Of a stretch of 32,000 nucleotides of DNA, positions 17,996 through 24,833 are shown one piece after another. Each line of letters opens with the position of its first letter. Position 1 is the stretch's first letter. The notes under the pieces were generated by a model. The model was not told the DNA's origin. It did no database searches and saw nothing but the letters and a program-made list of their open reading frames with translations. A program made the translations under genes and the position numbers. The DNA is from Candidatus Omnitrophota bacterium (lineage in GTDB: Bacteria; Omnitrophota; Gorgyraeia; Duberdicusellales; 4484-171), in the NCBI GenBank assembly GCA_021735045.1, contig JAIPHU010000002.1, positions 1 through 32,000 of the forward strand, read 5' to 3'.

Positions 17996-18948
17996 TTAAA
18001 AAAATTAAATTAATAGTGATTATTTTTATTATTATTTTGTTTTCTTTTTTTTATTTTGCATACATAAAGCAAATCGGTAAAAACGATTATTGTTTAACGG
18101 GTGCTTTTTTGGCGGACCGGCCAACTAGAAAAGAGATAAAAGAATTTCAAAACAACTATGGTAAAAAGCCATATTTGGTGATGGTTTTTATTGATTGGGA
18201 AAACTTTATTGAAAGAAGTGTCTATCAAGATATTTTTGCTGCCGGTTCAGTTCCTTTTGTTACCTGGGAGCCTTGGCAGGCCGAAACTAAAGAAGGAATT
18301 GATTTTGACCAAATCTTAAGCGGAGAGTATGATCAGTATATAACTAATTTTATAGAGAGGATCACTAAATTTAAAAAGCCAGTTTTTTTACGCTTTGCTC
18401 ATGAAGCTAATGGCAACTGGTATCCTTGGGCCGGGAAAAAAGTGGGAGCTGCGAAGTTAATCGCTGTGCAAAGATATCTCAAGGATTTGGCAGAGAGGCA
18501 AGGCCCCAATCAGATCAAGTGGGTGTTTTCGGTTAATTGGCAAGATATACCGGCAGATAAAGATAATTTTTTTATGAACTACTATCCGGGCAAAGACTAC
18601 GTTGATTATTTTGGCATTGATGGTTATAATTGGGGTGATACGCAAGAATGGAGTCATTGGATGGAATTTGCAGAGATTTTTAAAGATCCCTATCAGATTA
18701 TAACCTCAGAGACAAATAAACCGGTTATAATTTCTGAATTTGGCTCGGCTCAATCCGGTGGAGATAAAGCTGAATGGATAAAAAATACTTTTAAAACTAT
18801 AAAGAAAATGAAAAGAGTTAAAGGTTTTGTTTTGTTTAATCTGGATAAGGAAGCAGCTTGGCGGTTTCGGCCCCAAAGTGCAGCTGGTAAGCAACTCAAA
18901 AAAGGATTAAACAACTCATATTTTAAGGAGAGCCTGAAAGGTGAATAA
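17992..18948 (+). CDS. Membrane-anchored GH26-like glycoside hydrolase
   Basis: N-terminal TM anchor. RFAHEANGNWYPWAG (GH26 acid/base HE.NG.W motif) and IISEFGS (nucleophile Glu). ATGA overlap with the GT2 stop. Confidence 0.7.
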   Translation: MIKKIKLIVIIFIIILFSFFYFAYIKQIGKNDYCLTGAFLADRPTRKEIKEFQNNYGKKPYLVMVFIDWENFIERSVYQDIFAAGSVPFVTWEPWQAETKEGIDFDQILSGEYDQYITNFIERITKFKKPVFLRFAHEANGNWYPWAGKKVGAAKLIAVQRYLKDLAERQGPNQIKWVFSVNWQDIPADKDNFFMNYYPGKDYVDYFGIDGYNWGDTQEWSHWMEFAEIFKDPYQIITSETNKPVIISEFGSAQSGGDKAEWIKNTFKTIKKMKRVKGFVLFNLDKEAAWRFRPQSAAGKQLKKGLNNSYFKESLKGE

Positions 18949-19165
18949 AAAAGAAATTATCAAGCATCTTAAAGAAGCCTTAATTGCAGAAGAAAAATCA
19001 ATTCCAATTTATACTAAGCATCTTGATTCAGCTGTTTTTTGGACTGGGCTAGGAAAAGAAAAAGCTGAGGAAATTAGAGAGATTCTTTCCGAATTAGCGC
19101 GAGGTTCAATGATCCATAAACAAATTATTGAAAATTTGATCAAAAAACTAGAAGGGGAAACTTAA
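18941..19165 (+). CDS. Small helical protein A2 (paralogue of A1)
   Basis: GTG start 10 nt after aaggagag, overlapping the GH26 3' end by 8 nt. 74 aa. E17-x6-Y24 and S56-x2-H59 pattern. Confidence 0.6.
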   Translation: MNKKEIIKHLKEALIAEEKSIPIYTKHLDSAVFWTGLGKEKAEEIREILSELARGSMIHKQIIENLIKKLEGET

Positions 19166-19368
19166 TGCTATCCAAAGAAGACTACCAAGAACATCTTAAT
19201 CAGATGCTGGAGTTAGAAGAAAACATGGAAAAAATGTATGAAAATCTAGCCAAGAGGGTTGAAGATAAAGAAATAAAAAATATTTTTAGAAAAATTAGAG
19301 ATGATGAACAAAAACATGCCGCTTTGGTGCGAAAAATGAAAAAAATGATTACCGAAGAAAGCAATTAA
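19165..19368 (+). CDS. Small helical protein B2 (paralogue of B1); reads like one ferritin/rubrerythrin-type helix pair
   Basis: TAATG stop/start overlap with A2. 67 aa. E18-x6-Y25 and E48-Q-K-H51 (ExxH). Confidence 0.6.
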   Translation: MLSKEDYQEHLNQMLELEENMEKMYENLAKRVEDKEIKNIFRKIRDDEQKHAALVRKMKKMITEESN

Positions 19369-19383
19369 AACTGGTGCAGTAAA

Positions 19384-22287
19384 ATGAGATATAGATTAAG
19401 CATTAAAATTTTATTTTGGTTTTCCTTGTTTATTATAGCAATTGTCGTAGTAAATTTGGCTTCTATTTATCAACTGCAGCGAATGGAAAAGCCCCTAAAA
19501 GAAGAGCTAACCCAAGATATCCAAAACATCAAAGAAAACGAAATATTAGATCATCTAGCTGAATTGATAAGATACTACGATGAAGTTTTAACTCAATCGG
19601 TGCGAAATTATGCTTTTACCGGTAACTTAGAGTGGAAGAAGCGCTATCAAAATATTGAACCAAAATTAGATCAGGCGATCAAAGAAGCAATATCTCGTGG
19701 AAACAGACAGGATAAAAAATTTTTTAAAACAGTTGATCAAGCCAATGAAATTTTGGTCAACCTTGAACATCAAGCTCTAGACTTAGTTGACCAAGGTAAT
19801 CAAGATCAGGCGATTGCGATTTTAGAAAGTAAAAAATATAGAGCCAATAAAAATCAATACTATTCTGGCTTTAGTAGCTACTTACAACGGAGAATGTCTG
19901 AGCACGAAAAAGCGATAACTTTCTCCAGCAAAGATTTAGAAGAAACAATAAGTATATTAAATGAAATTACAAAACAAAATTATTATTTTTTTATCGCTTC
20001 CTTAGCTTTTATCTTGTTGGTCTCATTCTTGTTTGGCTTATTTTTACGTTTTAATGTTTCTCAGCCGTTAACTCGATTGGTAAAATTAATCAAAGCTTCC
20101 GGTAAAAAGGGAGGAAGGAAAGATCTCGTTAACAATAATTTTGGCTTGATGAAACGAAAAGATGAGATTGGAGAGTTGGCAACAACTTACAACCAAATCT
20201 GGCAAGATCTAGAAGAAACTACAGTTTCTCGCGAAAAACTAGTAAAAGAAGTTGAGCTGCATAAGGAATCAAAACAAAAGATTAGCCGCCTAAATATGAT
20301 CTTACGGTCAATCTCAGAAATAAACCAAATGCTAATTAATGTTGATAACCGAAAAAGTTTAATTGAAAAAACCTGTCGAGAGCTGATTAATATTAGGGGT
20401 TATAAAAGTGCCTGGATTGTTCTATTTGATCCTCAAGGTGATTTTTTAGATGCTGCATCTTTCGGGCTAGGCGATAAATTTAATTTATTTAAAAATGATA
20501 TTAAAGTAGGAAGCATCCCCCGCTGTTTAAGTAAAATATGCAAGGAAAAGAAGCTATTTCAAGTTGATGAGCCGCATCAAATGTGCAAAGATTGCTCCTT
20601 ATATAAATACCACCAAGGAGTTAAAACTATTGTTACTTGCCTGCAGCTAGAGGGGGTTGTATATGGGGCCTTAACGGTAGCTATTCCTGAGAGTATTGAA
20701 ATTGATCAGCAAGAGTTATCTTTGCTTAAGGAAATTAGCGGAGATATTTCTTTGGGGCTGCATCACTTAGAAGTTGAAAAAAAACGTCGGTTAACTGAAA
20801 ATAAGTTAAAAGAAAGAGTAAAAGAATTTGGTTGTTTGTCAAATTTGGCAAAAATTGTCGAGGAGCCCGGTATTAGCTTAGAAGGAATATTAGCTAAAAC
20901 AGTGGAGATAATACCTTTTGCCTTGCAATATCCCAGTAGTGCTTCGGCTCGATTAAGGTATGCAGAAAATGAGTATAATACTAAGGGTTTTAAGGAAACC
21001 AATTGTAAATTAAAAGAGGATATTTATGTTGATTTAAAAAAGGTTGGTTTTATCGAAGCTTGTTATTCTTTAAGTATACAGGATGAAAAAGGGGAGTGTC
21101 CTTTTTTAGAAGAAGAAAATACTTTATTTAGATTGATAGCGGAACGGCTAGGCAGAATTATCGAACGAAAAAAAGCCGAAGAGTTTTTAGAAGAAGCTAA
21201 AAATAAATTCAGTAGTTTAGTGGACAATGTTCCCGGGGCTATCTATCGATGTGCCAATGATTCAAAATGGACTATGAATTATATTAGTGATGAAATTGAG
21301 AAAATATCTGGTTATCCGGCTAGTGATTTTATTAAAAATAAGGTAAGAACTTATGAAAGTATAATTTACAAAGAAGACAAGGATTTGGTCAATAAAAAGA
21401 TTCAAGAAGCTATAGAAAAAGGAAAATCTTATAATATTGAATACAGAATAGTTAATAAAAATGATAAGGTTGTATGGGTGGGCGAGAAAGGGAAAGGTGT
21501 ATTCAATAAAGAGGAAAAATTGATTTGGCTTGACGGTGTTATCTTTGATATTACTTTACAGAAGAAAGCAGAAGATAAATTAGAAAAAGCAATAAAAATG
21601 AAGTCAGATTTTTTATCCACAGTTTCTCATGAGTTGCGTACTCCACTGGCTGCAATCAAAGAAGGGATAAATATAGTTTATGACCAATCCGCCGGTAAAA
21701 TTAACAAAGAGCAGAAAGAATTTTTGACGATATCAAAAAGAAATGTAGACCGCTTGGCTCGTTTGATCAACGATGTCTTAGATATCCAGAAATTAGAATC
21801 AGGCAAAGCGGAGTTTAATTTTAAAAAAGAGAATATCAATGACATAATTAAAGAAGTTTTTGAGACGATGCAGCCCCATGCAGCTAAAAAGCAATTACAG
21901 TTAAAATTAAATCTAGATAGTAATATTTCGAAGATAAAAGTTGATCGGGATAAGATCATTCAAGTTATCACCAATTTGATGAGTAATGCAATTAAATTTA
22001 CTGAACAAGGGAAAGTAGTTATAAAAAGCTTGTTAGAGCAAAATGCGATAAAGGTTATAGTCTCTGACACAGGGCCGGGGATAAAAAAGGAAGATTTGTC
22101 AAAATTATTTAAGACATTTCAACAACTTCAAACTGGAAAAGGACGGAAAACCGGGGGGACTGGCCTAGGATTGGCAATCTGTAAGGATATAATCAACAAA
22201 CACCGTGGGAAAATATGGGCAGAGTCAGAACTAGACAAAGGCTCAAAATTTATTTTTTTGCTGCCGATTAAGGAAAGGCGAGCTTAA
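19384..22287 (+). CDS. Large multi-domain sensor histidine kinase (TM - helical extracytoplasmic domain - TM - HAMP - GAF-like x2 - PAS - HisKA - HATPase_c)
   Basis: TM1 aa ~9-27, TM2 aa ~200-222, HAMP-like (PLTRLVKLI...IGELATTYNQI). PAS (VDNVPGAIYRC...GVIFDIT). H-box STVSHELRTPL, N-box NLMSNAIKF, G-boxes DTGPGI and GTGLGLAICK. Confidence 0.9.
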   Translation: MRYRLSIKILFWFSLFIIAIVVVNLASIYQLQRMEKPLKEELTQDIQNIKENEILDHLAELIRYYDEVLTQSVRNYAFTGNLEWKKRYQNIEPKLDQAIKEAISRGNRQDKKFFKTVDQANEILVNLEHQALDLVDQGNQDQAIAILESKKYRANKNQYYSGFSSYLQRRMSEHEKAITFSSKDLEETISILNEITKQNYYFFIASLAFILLVSFLFGLFLRFNVSQPLTRLVKLIKASGKKGGRKDLVNNNFGLMKRKDEIGELATTYNQIWQDLEETTVSREKLVKEVELHKESKQKISRLNMILRSISEINQMLINVDNRKSLIEKTCRELINIRGYKSAWIVLFDPQGDFLDAASFGLGDKFNLFKNDIKVGSIPRCLSKICKEKKLFQVDEPHQMCKDCSLYKYHQGVKTIVTCLQLEGVVYGALTVAIPESIEIDQQELSLLKEISGDISLGLHHLEVEKKRRLTENKLKERVKEFGCLSNLAKIVEEPGISLEGILAKTVEIIPFALQYPSSASARLRYAENEYNTKGFKETNCKLKEDIYVDLKKVGFIEACYSLSIQDEKGECPFLEEENTLFRLIAERLGRIIERKKAEEFLEEAKNKFSSLVDNVPGAIYRCANDSKWTMNYISDEIEKISGYPASDFIKNKVRTYESIIYKEDKDLVNKKIQEAIEKGKSYNIEYRIVNKNDKVVWVGEKGKGVFNKEEKLIWLDGVIFDITLQKKAEDKLEKAIKMKSDFLSTVSHELRTPLAAIKEGINIVYDQSAGKINKEQKEFLTISKRNVDRLARLINDVLDIQKLESGKAEFNFKKENINDIIKEVFETMQPHAAKKQLQLKLNLDSNISKIKVDRDKIIQVITNLMSNAIKFTEQGKVVIKSLLEQNAIKVIVSDTGPGIKKEDLSKLFKTFQQLQTGKGRKTGGTGLGLAICKDIINKHRGKIWAESELDKGSKFIFLLPIKERRA

Positions 22288-22301
22288 AGATAGGGGTAAA
22301 G

Positions 22302-22664
22302 ATGAGTAAAAAGATTTTAATTGTAGATGATGAGCCAGATATTTTAAAAATTGTAATTTTTCGGCTCAAGAATAAGGGCTATCAAACAATCAGTGCAACC
22401 AGTGGAGAAGAAGCGTTTCAGTTGTTAGGAGAGGATAAACCGGACCTTATCATTTTAGATTTACGAATGCCGGGTATCAATGGGGATGAGGTTTGCCGCA
22501 GGATTAAAGCAGACAATAATTTAAATAAGATACCGGTAATCTTGTTAACCGCATCTACCGGCCATGATATTGCAGGATTAGCAAAAGATATAGGAGCGGT
22601 TGATTTCATTCGAAAACCCTTTGATAGTCAACATTTTATCAATAAAATAGAGAATGTTCTCTAA
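22302..22664 (+). CDS. Receiver-only response regulator
   Basis: KKILIVDDEPD, PDLIILDLRMPGINGDE, VILLTAS, IRKPFD. No output domain. Confidence 0.9.
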   Translation: MSKKILIVDDEPDILKIVIFRLKNKGYQTISATSGEEAFQLLGEDKPDLIILDLRMPGINGDEVCRRIKADNNLNKIPVILLTASTGHDIAGLAKDIGAVDFIRKPFDSQHFINKIENVL

Positions 22665-22695
22665 AAAAATAGTATTATTTCTTTTAAGAAAGTTC

Positions 22696-22723
22696 TTTAC
22701 AATTGTCTTAAAGAAGGTACAAT
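22696..22723 (+). promoter_or_regulatory. Candidate promoter (TTTACA-16 nt-TACAAT) of the RRM gene
   Basis: Hexamers read directly. Would give a ~65-nt, strongly purine-rich leader. Confidence 0.35.
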
Positions 22724-22794
22724 TAAGTTAGTATTAAATTGATCATTGACACAGAGAGAGAAAAAGAGGATCGGAAAGCAAGGAGAAAGAAAGT

Positions 22795-23091
22795 ATGGAA
22801 GAAAACAAGAAAATTTACGTTGGCAATCTGAACTATGACACTACAAAAGAAGATTTGCAGAAAGCAATTGAAGAAGCTGGTGCCACACCTACAGATGTAA
22901 CCATTATTAGTGACAAATACACCGGCAGATCAAAGGGGTTCGGCTTTGCAGAGTTTGAGACAGAAGAAGATACTCAGAAAGTGATTGAAGCCTTAGAAGG
23001 AAAAGAATTAGCAGGAAGAAACTTAAAAGTAAACAAAGCTCGGCCAAGAAAACCAAGAAATGATAATTTTGGTTCTGGCCGTCGCTTCTAA
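22795..23091 (+). CDS. Single-RRM RNA-binding protein with Arg/Gly-containing tail
   Basis: RNP-2 IYVGNL and RNP-1 KGFGFAEF motifs. 98 aa. Confidence 0.9.
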   Translation: MEENKKIYVGNLNYDTTKEDLQKAIEEAGATPTDVTIISDKYTGRSKGFGFAEFETEEDTQKVIEALEGKELAGRNLKVNKARPRKPRNDNFGSGRRF

Positions 23092-23140
23092 CAAGTAAAC
23101 AAAAGAAAATAGATCCGATACTCTCGTAAGTGTTTCATAA

Positions 23141-23173
23141 GAGGCAGTAGATTGTTCTACTGCCTCTTTTTTT
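23141..23173 (+). terminator. Rho-independent terminator of the RRM gene
   Basis: gaggcagtag-attgtt-ctactgcctc (10-bp perfect stem) followed by seven T. Confidence 0.85.
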
Positions 23174-23212
23174 ATATCTAGAACTAAAAAACAGTTGTTT
23201 TAAGCTTTTATA

Positions 23213-23241
23213 TTGACTTGAGTTGCTATTTTTATTAGAAT
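23213..23241 (+). promoter_or_regulatory. Candidate promoter (TTGACT-17 nt-TAGAAT)
   Basis: Near-consensus -35, 17-nt spacer, about 70 nt upstream of ATG 23312. Confidence 0.45.
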
Positions 23242-23311
23242 GTAGGTACAGAAGTTGATCCAGTTTTCTAAACTGGTATATATAAATAACCTAGTTAAAA
23301 GGAGGTGTCAT

Positions 23312-23983
23312 ATGGATTGGAAAGAGCTTGTTGCCGAACCTGGCAAAGAAATGCTGAGAAAGATTGGGGAGTATATTCCAGCTGTGTTGGGTGCTTTGGT
23401 TATTTTGATTCTTGGTTGGATTATTGCAAAGGTTATCCAAAAGCTTGCCCGTAAATTTCTGGATTTAGTTAGATTTGAAAAATTTGCTGAAAAAGCTGGG
23501 ATATCAGAGGCATTATCTAAAGGAAATATTAAGAATAATGCTACTCAATTATTAAGTGCATTGGTATATTGGTTCATTATGATTTTAGTTTTGGTGATGG
23601 TAGTCAATGCTTTAGGTTTAACTGTGGCATCACAGTTGCTTGACGGGCTGCTTGGCTATATCCCTAATGTTATTGCAGCTGTTTTTGTGCTGGTTTTAGG
23701 TTTATTTTTAGCTAATTTGGTTTCAGGAATTGTGAGAACTGCTGCTAGTAACGCAAAACTACCTAAACCGGAAGTATTAGCTGGATTAAGCCAGTGGGCT
23801 ATAGTAATTTTTGCCGTAACTGCATCCTTGCGCCAGTTGGGAATAGCGCCATTTTTAGTATCTACTACTTTTTATATTCTCTTTGGAGGGATTTGCTTGG
23901 CCTTGTCCTTAGCTTTTGGGCTAGGTGGAAAAGATGTGGCTGCAAAATTATTAGAAGATTTCCGGAGCAAATATATAAAGTAA
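23312..23983 (+). CDS. Membrane protein with two 'conserved TM helix' repeats (MscS-N-terminal-like)
   Basis: ATG 23312 preceded by aaaggagg. Internal repeat IPAVLGALVILILGWIIAKVI and IPNVIAAVFVLVLGLFLANLV. Track start 23255 (TTG) rejected. Confidence 0.6.
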   Translation: MDWKELVAEPGKEMLRKIGEYIPAVLGALVILILGWIIAKVIQKLARKFLDLVRFEKFAEKAGISEALSKGNIKNNATQLLSALVYWFIMILVLVMVVNALGLTVASQLLDGLLGYIPNVIAAVFVLVLGLFLANLVSGIVRTAASNAKLPKPEVLAGLSQWAIVIFAVTASLRQLGIAPFLVSTTFYILFGGICLALSLAFGLGGKDVAAKLLEDFRSKYIK

Positions 23984-24003
23984 GCAGTTGTTGAAAAAAC
24001 AAT

Positions 24004-24041
24004 AATCCTTCGTTTCCGAAAAAAGGAGGCGAAGGATTTTT
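24004..24041 (+). terminator. Rho-independent terminator
   Basis: aatccttcg (24004-24012) pairs with cgaaggatt (24030-24038) and can extend inward (tttcc/ggagg with G-U pairs), followed by a T-run. Confidence 0.7.
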
Positions 24042-24099
24042 AAATTTAAGAATAAATTAGATGGTTTTATGGTAAAATATTTACAAAATAAAAACTATT

Positions 24100-24348
24100 A
24101 TGAAAAGGCCAGATATAGAATATCCTTGTGATTGGGGCTATAAGATTATCGGAGAAGACCAAGAGCTGCTTAAAGATACTGCTGCCAAGATAATAAATGA
24201 TAGAGACTATACTATTAGTGTCTCTGGCAAAAGCAGAACCGGAAAGTATACCTCTTTAGATATAAAAACTAGAGTTTTAGATCAATCTGACCGGAATAAA
24301 ATATTTTCTGATTTTAGCAATCATCCGAGTGTAAAAAAGGTATTATAA
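24100..24348 (+). CDS. DUF493 / YbeD-like small protein
   Basis: YPCDWGYKIIG N-terminal motif and ...VKKVL C-terminus resemble the YbeD (UPF0250) family. TGgTAAAAT extended -10 at 24070-24078. Confidence 0.7.
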   Translation: MKRPDIEYPCDWGYKIIGEDQELLKDTAAKIINDRDYTISVSGKSRTGKYTSLDIKTRVLDQSDRNKIFSDFSNHPSVKKVL

Positions 24349-24349
24349 A

Positions 24350-24820
24350 ATGTTAACTAAAGAGGCTCTTAATTTTTTAAAAGGGAAAAGTTTTATTAAC
24401 GTAGCGACCTGTGGAGAAGGCTTGCGTCCTAATGTTGCCCCAAAGTTTTTATTAAAAATTGAAAATAATTATATATATTTGATTGATTATGTAAGAAATA
24501 CTACTTTAAAGAATATAGAGATAAATTCTAAAGTATCAATTTCTTCAATTAATTTGGATACATTAAAAGGGTATCAAGTTAATGGTTTGGCTGAAATAAT
24601 AAAAAAAGAGAGGAAAAGTATCTATAAGGCTTTGTTAGAAGAATATGAGCAAAAACAAATAGATCTATCCACCAGACGTCTTATTGAAGCTTTGCATGAT
24701 CAGAAAAAATCAAGTAACTATGAAGCAGAATTTCCTAAACGGGTGGCGATCATAAAAATCAAGGTTACCGAAGCTGTGGGGATAAGTTTGCAAGGGAATC
24801 TAGAGCGAGAAAATTTTTAA
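24350..24820 (+). CDS. Pyridoxamine-5'-phosphate-oxidase-like FMN-binding split-barrel protein (tentative)
   Basis: N-terminal L.FL.....INVATCGEGLRPNVAPK pattern typical of the PNPOx-like superfamily. Only 1 nt separates it from the DUF493 stop. Confidence 0.5.
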   Translation: MLTKEALNFLKGKSFINVATCGEGLRPNVAPKFLLKIENNYIYLIDYVRNTTLKNIEINSKVSISSINLDTLKGYQVNGLAEIIKKERKSIYKALLEEYEQKQIDLSTRRLIEALHDQKKSSNYEAEFPKRVAIIKIKVTEAVGISLQGNLERENF

Positions 24821-24833
24821 AAAAAGGGTTACG

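Noticed and set aside
18941-19368. Calling A/B a bona fide rubrerythrin/ferritin
   Set aside because: A full ExxH motif occurs only in B2. The ligand positions are substituted in A2 (SxxH) and more so in A1/B1. Each polypeptide has only two helices. It is kept as a hypothesis in the findings rather than an annotation.
23255-23311. TTG start at 23255 for the membrane protein
   Set aside because: ATG 23312 has a perfect aaaggagg SD. The extension would cover the predicted 5' UTR just downstream of the TTGACT/TAGAAT promoter.
23794-23994. 66-aa plus-strand ORF overlapping the 3' part of the TM-helix-repeat membrane protein in another frame
   Set aside because: It lies almost entirely inside a better-supported gene, has no RBS, and gives an odd Cys/Trp/Arg-rich translation.
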